64,000 bases of DNA from assembly GCF_013004595.1 (NCBI RefSeq), contig NZ_JABEMC010000002.1, forward strand, positions 248,001-312,000, given 5' to 3'. Position 1 is the stretch's first letter, and every line of letters starts with the position of its first letter. The notes beneath the pieces were generated by a model that searched no databases, was not told where the DNA came from, and saw nothing but the letters and a program-made list of their open reading frames with translations. Position numbers and translations under genes: made by a program. The DNA comes from Brevibacterium luteolum (GTDB taxonomy: Bacteria; Actinomycetota; Actinomycetes; Actinomycetales; Brevibacteriaceae). This document shows positions 56,248 to 64,000 of this stretch, one piece after another.

Positions 56248-57858
56248 ATGAGCACAGGCACCGAGGAAACCGCCCCGCTGACCGACGCCCGGGCGGCTGC
56301 CCATCCGATCGAGCTGCCGGCCCGGCTGCGTGATTTCCTTTCAGGCGGCCCTCTGCGAGATGTCGCTGGGACCGGCCGGCAGATCACCGCGAGTCTGCCG
56401 TTCACCGGTGAGCCGCTGGGCTCCTTCGCCGGGGCGACGGCCGGTGATGTCGAGGCTGCGATCGCCCGCGCTCGGCGTGCTCAGGCGGCGTGGGCTGCCC
56501 GCAGTGTGCGTGAGCGCGCGGCGGTGTTCCTCACCCTGCATGATCTCGTGCGGCGGAACGAGGAGCTGCTCCTCGACGTCGTCCAGGCCGAGACCGGCAA
56601 GGCCCGCCAGCACGCCTATGACGAGGTGCTCGACTCTTACAACGTCTGCCGGTTCACCGCTCTTGCCGCCCCGCGCACGCTGCGCCCCTCGCGCAGGCGC
56701 GGTGCCGTACCGGGGCTGACCCGCACCGAGGTCGACCACGCTCCACTCGGAGTCGTCGGGTTCATCTCACCGTGGAACTACCCGCTGTCGCTCGGCGCCA
56801 ACGACCTCGTTGCCTCGCTCACCGCCGGCAACGCGGTGGTGCACAAGCCCGATTCGCAGACGGCCCTTTCGGCTGTACTCATGCGCCGGCTCGCGATTGA
56901 GGCAGGGCTGCCGCGGGATCTGTGGCAGTTGGTGCCCGGTCCGGTGGAGGAGGTCTCCGAGCCGCTGCTGGCTGGGGTGGACGGGCTGTCGTTCACCGGA
57001 TCGACGGCGGCCGGCCGGGCCATCGCCGAGGCGGTGGCCGGCCGGCTCATTCCGGCTGTCCTGGAACTCGGGGGCAAGAACGCGATGATCGTCTGCGCCG
57101 ACGCCGATATGGACACCGCTGTGGACTGCGCCGTGCGCGGGGCGTTCTCCTCTGCCGGGCAGCTGTGCCTGTCGATCGAGCGGATCTACGTCGTCGGCGG
57201 CCGCTATGAGGAGTTCGTCGACCGGCTCGTCGCCGCCGCCGAATCCCTGCAGCAGGGGGCGGCGTTCGACTATTCGCGTGGGCTCGGTTCGCTGACCTCG
57301 ACGGCACAGGTGAAGAAGGTCCACGGTCATGTCGAGCAGGCCCGCGCAGCCGGTGCCACGGTGCGCTGCGGGGGTTACCTGCGCACGGCTGCCGGGCCGT
57401 GGATGTACGCCCCGACCGTGCTCACCGACGTCGCCGCTGAGGCCGACCTGTTCGCCTCGGAGACCTTCGGCCCTGTCGTGAGCGTCTACCCGGTCGCCGA
57501 CGATGCCGAGGCGATCGCTGCGGCCAACAGTCTCAACGTCGGGCTCAATGCCAGCGTCATCTCCGCCTCGGCGTCCCACGGCTGGGAGGTCGCCCGCCAG
57601 GTCGAGGCCGGGATGGTGAATATCAACGAGGCCTTCGCCGCGGTGTGGGGTTCGATTGCGGCTCCGTCTGGAGGCATCAAGGACTCTGGGCTCGGGCACC
57701 GGCACGGGACCGAGGCGCTGCTCGCCTTCACCCGCACCCGCACGATCGCCCGGCAGTCCCTGCACTCGCTGGCCCCCAGTGACCGGCTGCCGGCTGCGCG
57801 CTTCCAGCAGACGATGACCGCCGCGCTCGCCGCGCTGCGGGCCCTGCGGATGCGCTGA
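56248..57858 (+). CDS. aldehyde dehydrogenase (succinate-semialdehyde dehydrogenase-like)
   Basis: ISPWNYP, FTGST, ELGGKN, AGQLC, ETFGP. Confidence 0.9.
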   Translation: MSTGTEETAPLTDARAAAHPIELPARLRDFLSGGPLRDVAGTGRQITASLPFTGEPLGSFAGATAGDVEAAIARARRAQAAWAARSVRERAAVFLTLHDLVRRNEELLLDVVQAETGKARQHAYDEVLDSYNVCRFTALAAPRTLRPSRRRGAVPGLTRTEVDHAPLGVVGFISPWNYPLSLGANDLVASLTAGNAVVHKPDSQTALSAVLMRRLAIEAGLPRDLWQLVPGPVEEVSEPLLAGVDGLSFTGSTAAGRAIAEAVAGRLIPAVLELGGKNAMIVCADADMDTAVDCAVRGAFSSAGQLCLSIERIYVVGGRYEEFVDRLVAAAESLQQGAAFDYSRGLGSLTSTAQVKKVHGHVEQARAAGATVRCGGYLRTAAGPWMYAPTVLTDVAAEADLFASETFGPVVSVYPVADDAEAIAAANSLNVGLNASVISASASHGWEVARQVEAGMVNINEAFAAVWGSIAAPSGGIKDSGLGHRHGTEALLAFTRTRTIARQSLHSLAPSDRLPAARFQQTMTAALAALRALRMR

Positions 57859-57920
57859 GCTCACCCCACATCTGACGTCCTGCTATGTCCCGCACCGCAC
57901 AGCACCTGCCGCAGACCGCG

Positions 57921-57949
57921 TTGATTGATACCCTAGGAGGGTATATATT
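57921..57949 (+). promoter_or_regulatory. csoR promoter with CsoR operator ATACCCTAGGAGGGTAT
   Basis: TTGATT-N17-TATATT-N6-ATG; ATACCC/GGGTAT palindrome at 57928-57944 in the spacer. Confidence 0.85.
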
Positions 57950-57955
57950 AGCGTC

Positions 57956-58321
57956 ATGACGGAGACGCACCCAGACCCCGCGACCCCCGCCTCGGGCCCG
58001 GACACGAACAGCCCGGCAGCCGGTGCCGACGCCCCGGCGCCCCCGGGCTACCTGGAGGACAAGCAGGCCTTTCGCAACCGGGTCAAGCGCATCGAAGGAC
58101 AGGTGCGCGGGATCGGCCGGATGATCGAAGAGGACACCTACTGCATCGACATCCTCACGCAGATCTCGGCGGCGACTGCCGCGTTGCACTCGGTGTCGGT
58201 CGAGCTGCTGCGCGAGCACATGGGCCACTGCGTCGTCTCCGCTGCCCAGGAGTCCCCGGAGGCGGCGGCCGCCAAGGTCGACGAGGCCACTGCCGCCATC
58301 CGCCGGCTTATCAAGAGCTGA
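57956..58321 (+). CDS. csoR: copper-sensing repressor CsoR
   Basis: RIEGQVRG, YC.D...Q, HMGHCV. Confidence 0.92.
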   Translation: MTETHPDPATPASGPDTNSPAAGADAPAPPGYLEDKQAFRNRVKRIEGQVRGIGRMIEEDTYCIDILTQISAATAALHSVSVELLREHMGHCVVSAAQESPEAAAAKVDEATAAIRRLIKS

Positions 58322-58335
58322 GGAGGGAGAATCCC

Positions 58336-58548
58336 ATGCACACCACCACCATCACCGTTTCCGGCATGACCTGCGAGCACTGCGAGCGCGCCGTGAAGGA
58401 GGAGCTCAGCGAGCTCGACGGCGTGCGCAGCGTCGAGGTCGACCTCGTCGCCGGCGGCGACTCGACCGTGCGCATCGAATCCGATGCCGAGCTCTCCGCA
58501 GTCGCCATCGAAGCCGCCGTCGATGAGGCCGGATACGAGGTCCGCTGA
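58336..58548 (+). CDS. copZ: copper chaperone CopZ (HMA domain)
   Basis: GMTCEHC, AGY. Confidence 0.92.
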   Translation: MHTTTITVSGMTCEHCERAVKEELSELDGVRSVEVDLVAGGDSTVRIESDAELSAVAIEAAVDEAGYEVR

Positions 58549-60758
58549 TGAGCGCCGGCCCCGAAGCCGATCGCACCCATCCTGCCGAGCAGTCGCGCAG
58601 CGTCGATCTCGACATCACCGGGATGACGTGCGCGTCGTGTTCGGCGCGGATCGAGAAGAAGCTCAACCGCCTCGACGGCGTCGAGGCGACCGTCAACCTG
58701 CCGCTCAACTCCGCGCGCGTGACCGCCGGGCCAGGCATCACCGATGAGCAGCTGACCGCTGCTGTTGAGAAGGCCGGTTATGCGGCGACCGTGCGCGCGC
58801 CCATGGCCCCAGGCCGCGGGCCCGAGGTCGTCGACTACGACCCCAGGCACCTGCGCCCCCGGCTCATCGGCTCGGCGATCCTCGGCCTGCCCGTCGTCGT
58901 CATCTCGATGGGCATGGGGCTCGGGATCCCCGGTTGGCAGTGGCTCGTCGCAGCCCTCAGCCTGCCGGTCGTCACCTGGGGCGCGTGGCCGTTCTACACT
59001 GCCGCCTACAAGGCCGCCCGCGGCCGGTCGACGACGATGGACTCGCTGGTGAGCGTCGGTGTCATCATCGCCACCGTCGTCTCCCTCACCGCGCTCGCCC
59101 GGGCGGTGGCGGCCGGGCACCTGTGGCACATCCCGCACGACTACCACGTGTGGTTCGAAGCTGCCGTGGCGATCATCGTCTTCCTGCTCACTGGCCGCCT
59201 CATCGAGGAACGCGCCAAGGGCCGGGCGACCGAGGCGCTGCGCGAGCTGCTGAGCCTCGGGGCCACCGAGGTGCGCGTCATCCGCGACGACGGTGAGGTC
59301 GAGGTGCCGATCGAGGACCTGGCCGCCGGCGAGGTGTTCCGCGTCCGGCCGGGTGAGAAGGTCGCCACCGACGGTGAGGTGGTCAGCGGGCATTCGGCGG
59401 TCGATGAGTCGATGCTCACCGGCGAGTCCGTGCCCGTCGAAGTCGGCCCCGGTGACACGGTCACCGGCGCGACGATCAACACCTCCGGGTCGCTCACCGT
59501 GCGCGCCACCCGCGTCGGCGCGGAGACGACGCTGGCACAGATGGCCGAGCTCGTCACCCGCGCCCAGACCGGGAAACCGCCGGTCCAAAGGCTGGCCGAC
59601 CGGATCTCGGCGATCTTCGTGCCGGTCGTCTTCGTCATCGCCGCAGCCACGCTGCTCATCTGGGGGCTGGCGGCCGGCTCGTGGTCCGGCGGGCTCATCG
59701 CCGCGACCACCGTGCTCATCATCGCCTGCCCGTGCGCGCTCGGCCTGGCCACCCCGACGGCGGTCGCCGTGTCCTCCGGGCGCGGCTCCCAGCTCGGGAT
59801 CCTGGTCTCCGGGCCCGAGGTGATGGAATCGACCCGGCGCCTCGACACGATCGTGCTCGACAAGACCGGCACGGTCACCGAGGGCCGCATGCAGGTGACC
59901 GAATCCCGGCTGACTGATAACGACCTCGCGATCGCAGCGGCAGTCGAGGGACATTCGGAGCACCCGATCGCACAGGCCGTGGCAGCCGCAGTGCCAGCCG
60001 AACAGAGGGGTGCAGTCGAGGTCAGCGACTTCGCCAACATCCCCGGCGGCGGCGTGCGCGCCAACGCGAGCACCGCCTCGGGAACGGCGCACGAGGTGCT
60101 CATCGGCCGCCCGGACCTGCTGCGCGAGAACGGCATCGACGTGCCGGCAGAGGCGGTGCCGGATCTGCCGGCCACGATCGTGGCCGTCGGCATCGACGGC
60201 CGGTTCGCCGGCTGCATCGCCGTAGCCGACACGCTCAAGGAGTCTGCGGTTGCCGCGATCGGCGAGCTGCGCGAGCTCGGGCTTGAGCCGATCCTGCTGA
60301 CAGGTGACAACGCCCGGGTTGCCGAGGCGGTTGCCGCCGAGGCCGGCATCGAGCGCGTCCATGCCGATGTCCGCCCGGACGGGAAGGTCGAGGTCATCAC
60401 CGCGCTGCAGGGCGAGGGCCGATCGGTGGCGATGGTCGGCGACGGCGTCAACGACGCTGCGGCACTGACCCAGGCCGACATCGGCCTGGCGATGGGCTCG
60501 GGCACCGACACCGCGATCGCGGCCTCGGACATCACGCTCGTGCGCGATGACCTGGCCCAGATCCCGCAGGCGATCCGGCTCTCGCGCCGGACGCTGGCGA
60601 TCATCCGCGGCAACCTGTTCTGGGCGTTTGCCTACAACACCGCGGCGATCCCGGTCGCAGCGCTCGGGCTGCTCAACCCGATGATCGCCGGTGCCGCGAT
60701 GGCGCTGAGCTCTGTGTTCGTCGTGCTCAACAGCCTGCGGCTGCTGCGGTTCCGGTGA
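58548..60758 (+). CDS. copA: Cu(I)-translocating P1B-1 ATPase
   Basis: GMTCASC, TGES, CPC, DKTGT, SEHP, GDGVND, YN and MALSS. Confidence 0.95.
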   Translation: MSAGPEADRTHPAEQSRSVDLDITGMTCASCSARIEKKLNRLDGVEATVNLPLNSARVTAGPGITDEQLTAAVEKAGYAATVRAPMAPGRGPEVVDYDPRHLRPRLIGSAILGLPVVVISMGMGLGIPGWQWLVAALSLPVVTWGAWPFYTAAYKAARGRSTTMDSLVSVGVIIATVVSLTALARAVAAGHLWHIPHDYHVWFEAAVAIIVFLLTGRLIEERAKGRATEALRELLSLGATEVRVIRDDGEVEVPIEDLAAGEVFRVRPGEKVATDGEVVSGHSAVDESMLTGESVPVEVGPGDTVTGATINTSGSLTVRATRVGAETTLAQMAELVTRAQTGKPPVQRLADRISAIFVPVVFVIAAATLLIWGLAAGSWSGGLIAATTVLIIACPCALGLATPTAVAVSSGRGSQLGILVSGPEVMESTRRLDTIVLDKTGTVTEGRMQVTESRLTDNDLAIAAAVEGHSEHPIAQAVAAAVPAEQRGAVEVSDFANIPGGGVRANASTASGTAHEVLIGRPDLLRENGIDVPAEAVPDLPATIVAVGIDGRFAGCIAVADTLKESAVAAIGELRELGLEPILLTGDNARVAEAVAAEAGIERVHADVRPDGKVEVITALQGEGRSVAMVGDGVNDAAALTQADIGLAMGSGTDTAIAASDITLVRDDLAQIPQAIRLSRRTLAIIRGNLFWAFAYNTAAIPVAALGLLNPMIAGAAMALSSVFVVLNSLRLLRFR

Positions 60759-60839
60759 TATGTAAAACCGTTTGCAACGTTTCTGGGATAGTGAAAGATT
60801 TCGCCGAATTCTTTAAACGTCCCAGGTCAGCGCATATGC

Positions 60840-60875
60840 AAAAGGCGCCCACCGCCTCGGGAACGGTGGGCGCCT
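60840..60875 (-). terminator. intrinsic terminator
   Basis: 12-bp stem aggcgcccaccg/cggtgggcgcct with U-tract on the minus strand. Confidence 0.8.
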
Positions 60876-60891
60876 GACGCATGCGCGCGGT

Positions 60892-61167
60892 CTACTTCAG
60901 GACTGGGAAGGACTTCTGGTCGCGGTCGTCCTTGCGGGTGCTGATCCAGTTGAGCAGTGCGGTCACGCCGAAGACGACGAGGAACGTGATGACGGTGTAG
61001 AGGCCGACGAGACCGATCGCCTTGAGGCTGGACCACGCGGCGGTGAAGAAGATCGTCGAGATGAGGACGATGCCAGCGGCGACGACGCCGAACATGAACG
61101 AGTCCTTGTAGCTCACGGTCGTGTTCGACGGGTATGCCGGGGAGTGGGAGTCCTGTTGATGAGCCAT
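60892..61167 (-). CDS. small 2-TM hypothetical protein
   Basis: Strong codon bias, two hydrophobic helices, own terminator; start 61167 or 61179. Confidence 0.75.
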   Translation of the reverse strand: MAHQQDSHSPAYPSNTTVSYKDSFMFGVVAAGIVLISTIFFTAAWSSLKAIGLVGLYTVITFLVVFGVTALLNWISTRKDDRDQKSFPVLK

Positions 61168-61235
61168 AGTGCCCGCCATTCTACTCGGTGCGCCTGCGGC
61201 GGGCGAGGCCGGGCACAGCCTGGCACACTAGTGGC

Positions 61236-61850
61236 ATGACAGGACGAACACCCGCCAGCCCCGCAGCCTGGATGCGCAGCAGCGGCGTGCGCGCAGCAGC
61301 GGTGCTGAGCGCCGGTGTCTTCCTGCTCACCGGCTGCAGTCCCGACGGTGGGCTGCGCGTCGAAAGCCCCAGCGGCCAGCCGGTGCCCAGCGCCACCCGG
61401 CCGTCAGAGAACCTGCCTGTCGACGAGCCGTTCTCCGCCGATGAGATCCGGGAGGCCGCCGTCGATGACGCCGCACTGGCCGCCGACGCCGCGCATGCCC
61501 AGGTGCTCGAGACTCTGCTGTACTGCACCGACTGCCTGACCCTGGACGAACCGCTCATGGTCGGAGAGACGAAGTACCAGATCGCCCAGGTGACCACCCC
61601 GCGCGACGAACAGCGGTTCGCTGGCCTGGTGGTGGGCGATGAAGACGGCAGGCCTGCGGTCGAGCTCGTCGTCTCGGGCACAGACCTGACGCTTACCCCC
61701 GGGCAGGGCGGTACGCTCGTGGCCCAGGAGTCGCTGTATCGCGACGGCGACAAGCGCTGCTGTCCCTCGGGCTGGTCGGTGCGCGTGTACCGGTATCATG
61801 ACGGCCGGTTCGAGGGCGGGCAGCGGATCAGCCGCGACGGCGGGGAGTGA
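61236..61850 (+). CDS. CseA-like lipoprotein
   Basis: Lipobox LLTGC; YRDGD..CCPSG; upstream of an RR-HK pair. Confidence 0.7.
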   Translation: MTGRTPASPAAWMRSSGVRAAAVLSAGVFLLTGCSPDGGLRVESPSGQPVPSATRPSENLPVDEPFSADEIREAAVDDAALAADAAHAQVLETLLYCTDCLTLDEPLMVGETKYQIAQVTTPRDEQRFAGLVVGDEDGRPAVELVVSGTDLTLTPGQGGTLVAQESLYRDGDKRCCPSGWSVRVYRYHDGRFEGGQRISRDGGE

Positions 61851-61951
61851 TTCATCCCCGCGTCAGAGCCGCAGCCGGTGGCGCGCCCCGTTAAGCTGTA
61901 TGTCACACCCCTTCAGTACCGCGACTCATGTGCAGCGAAACGAGGTCCCTC

Positions 61952-62866
61952 ATGCATATCGTGCTGGTCGAAGATGATGAGGTCATTCGCGAGACCACAC
62001 AGATCTCCCTGGAGCGCTTCGGCTACACCGTCAGCGCGTTCGAAGACGGCCGCGACGGCTACGAGTTCGTCGCCTCCCACGGAGCTGACGTGGTACTGCT
62101 CGACCTCATGCTGCCGACGATGAACGGCGCCTCGATCTGCCGGGCGATCCGCGAGAAGTCGACCGTTCCCGTCATCATCATCTCCGCCCGCTCTGAGCCG
62201 ATCGATATCGTCCAGTCTCTTGAGGCCGGCGCCGACGACTACCTCGTCAAGCCTTTCGACATGCAGGTCCTCAACGCCCGCATTCGCGCCGTGGTGCGCC
62301 GGTTCATCACCGCCGGCAACGAGCCGATGGGCTTCTCGCCCGACGAGATCGGCCCGCCAGCTGAGAAGACCGGCAGCGACGCCGGCACGACCGTCGGCCT
62401 CGACGGGATTCCCGAGGTGCTCGGTCCCTCCCCGGGACTGTCGAACCCGGGTTCGCATAACGCCACCTCCGAATCCTCCCCAGCGTCGGTCGCCGCACCT
62501 GCCGTCCCGACCGCTCCCATCGGGCCCCGCGCGGGCCAGGCGACCCCTGCCTCGGGAACGGATGCCGCCGACCGCGGGCACTACCGCACGCGGCTGGGTT
62601 CGCTCGTGCTCGACAGCGCACGGCTGACAGTGCTCGTCGATGACAAGGAGGTGCATCTGACGCCGACCGAGCTGCGGGTGCTGCTCTTGCTGACCGAGGA
62701 GCCGGGGCATGTGTACTCGCGGGAGAAGATCGCCTACACCGTGTGGGGATACGAGTGGGCCGGTGACTCGCGAGTTGTGGATGTCCACATCCAGCGGCTG
62801 CGCAAGAAGATCGGCGCACGGATGATCGAGACGGTGCGCGGCTTCGGCTACAGGTTCGCCGGGTAG
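61952..62866 (+). CDS. OmpR-family response regulator (CseB-like) with long linker insertion
   Basis: VEDDEVIRE.T...LER.GY, GADDYLVKPF, DSRVVDVHIQRLR.KIG. Confidence 0.88.
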   Translation: MHIVLVEDDEVIRETTQISLERFGYTVSAFEDGRDGYEFVASHGADVVLLDLMLPTMNGASICRAIREKSTVPVIIISARSEPIDIVQSLEAGADDYLVKPFDMQVLNARIRAVVRRFITAGNEPMGFSPDEIGPPAEKTGSDAGTTVGLDGIPEVLGPSPGLSNPGSHNATSESSPASVAAPAVPTAPIGPRAGQATPASGTDAADRGHYRTRLGSLVLDSARLTVLVDDKEVHLTPTELRVLLLLTEEPGHVYSREKIAYTVWGYEWAGDSRVVDVHIQRLRKKIGARMIETVRGFGYRFAG

Positions 62867-62874
62867 GGGCGCGC

Positions 62875-64000
62875 GTGTCCCTCAGGTGGAAGATCGTCCT
62901 CCTCATCGTCGTCTCCGTCATCATCGCGGTGCTGTCCTGCGGCGTGGTCGTGCGGCAGTCCGCGGCGGCTGCCGAGGACGACCGGATGCGACAGCGGGTC
63001 TCCGACCAGCTCGAAGACGCGATCTCGATCTACTCCGACACCGGTGTGCTGACCCTCAACGCCACCGTCGACGACCCCGAGCTTCCCGATGAGGCGCAGA
63101 CTGCCGCCCGCAAGGGCGAAAGCGTTACGATCCGCTCGACGGTCGACTGGCAGGAGACGATGTGGGCGGCCGCGCCGATCCAGGTCGGATCGCACACTGC
63201 GGTCATATCCGTGCGCAACTCGACGGAGGAGTCACAGAACCTGCTCAACGAGATCGACCGGGCGATCCTGCTCGGGATGATCGGCGCAGCCGTCGTCATC
63301 GGCGGCATCGGTTCGCTGGCTGCCGGGCAGATCTCCAGGCGCCTGACGCTCGGCGCGCAGGCGGCCCGCAAGATCGCCGGCGGGGACACCTCGGTGCGGA
63401 TCTCGGACGTCATCGAGGCTGGTGATGATGAGGTCGCCGCCTTCGCTGAAGCTGCCGACACCGCCGTGTCACGGCTGGTCGAACGACTGGACTCCGAACA
63501 GCGATTCACCGCTGACCTCGCACATGAGATGCGCACGCCGCTCACCGGTCTGGTGAATGCGGCGAACCTGCTGGAGGAGGATTCCCGTCCTGCTGAACTC
63601 GTCAAGGAGCGGGTGAGCCGGCTGCAGGTGCTCGTCGAGGACCTGCTGGAGGTCTCGCGCTTGGATGCGGGGCGGGCGACCCCGTCGATTGCGCCGATGA
63701 ACGTCGACAACTCCATCCGCTCGCTCGTCTCGACGCTGCAGGGCTCCGGTGCTCTGACCGGCCAGGAGATCGAGGTGGTCTGCGATTCCGACGGGCGGAC
63801 GGTGATGACCGATCAGCGGCGCTTCGAACGCATCATCACCAACCTCATCGTCAACTCCGTGCGTCACGGCACGGCGCCGATCGTGGTGCGGACGACCCCA
63901 AGCTCGGTCATCGTCAGCGATGCCGGATCCGGGTACCCGGCCGATATCCTCGCCTCGGGCCCGACCCGGTTCGTCTCCTCCGGTGGCGGCGGCATGGGCT
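62875..64000 (+). CDS. sensor histidine kinase (CseC-like), 3'-truncated by window edge
   Basis: Translated by hand from GTG 62875: SLRWKIVLL.., HAMP, ADLAHEMRTPLTGL, NLIVNSVRHG, DAGSGYP. Confidence 0.88.
   Translation, partial: MSLRWKIVLLIVVSVIIAVLSCGVVVRQSAAAAEDDRMRQRVSDQLEDAISIYSDTGVLTLNATVDDPELPDEAQTAARKGESVTIRSTVDWQETMWAAAPIQVGSHTAVISVRNSTEESQNLLNEIDRAILLGMIGAAVVIGGIGSLAAGQISRRLTLGAQAARKIAGGDTSVRISDVIEAGDDEVAAFAEAADTAVSRLVERLDSEQRFTADLAHEMRTPLTGLVNAANLLEEDSRPAELVKERVSRLQVLVEDLLEVSRLDAGRATPSIAPMNVDNSIRSLVSTLQGSGALTGQEIEVVCDSDGRTVMTDQRRFERIITNLIVNSVRHGTAPIVVRTTPSSVIVSDAGSGYPADILASGPTRFVSSGGGGMG

Noticed and set aside
1..64000. tRNA/rRNA genes, IS elements, prophage, defence systems
   Set aside because: No cloverleaf, rRNA, transposase/integrase or nuclease signatures recognised by eye

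Overview
High-GC actinobacterial chromosome, Micrococcales-like. A Brevibacterium-type host is inferred from gene content and style only, not verified. The window is mostly core and adaptive metabolism, about 62 CDS. In order: aroD; a Dyp peroxidase/PCu(A)C copper cluster; an Opu/ProU glycine-betaine ABC transporter; a degenerate CobW/MRF-like gene with Zn-free rpmJ; corA; a phosphatidylcholine-synthase-like gene; an S9 peptidase; an RR-HK-lipoprotein trio; mnhA(B)CDEFG; dcd; an LPXTG surface protein; NHL-thioredoxin; yggS; MFS-bdh-mmsB; copD-ctaG; rpmB-rpmG-rpsN-hup; E1a/E1b/E2 of a 2-oxoacid dehydrogenase; purB; a lactone-oxidase/PLP-enzyme/ALDH cluster; csoR-copZ-copA; and a cseABC-like system truncated at the window end. 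No rRNA, tRNA, CRISPR array or transposase was seen. The most interesting unexplained elements are: (i) a ~325-nt, densely base-paired non-coding region upstream of rpmB; (ii) an orphan three-gene type-VII-secretion-like cassette (WXG100-like, EspG-like, YxxxE-bearing lipase); (iii) several apparent pseudo-enzymes; (iv) a sensor-less kinase with a Q/P/G tail and a lipoprotein partner; (v) an orphan LacI-like operator cluster and a 27-bp tandem repeat. All product calls are from motif recognition by eye, and no database searches were run.
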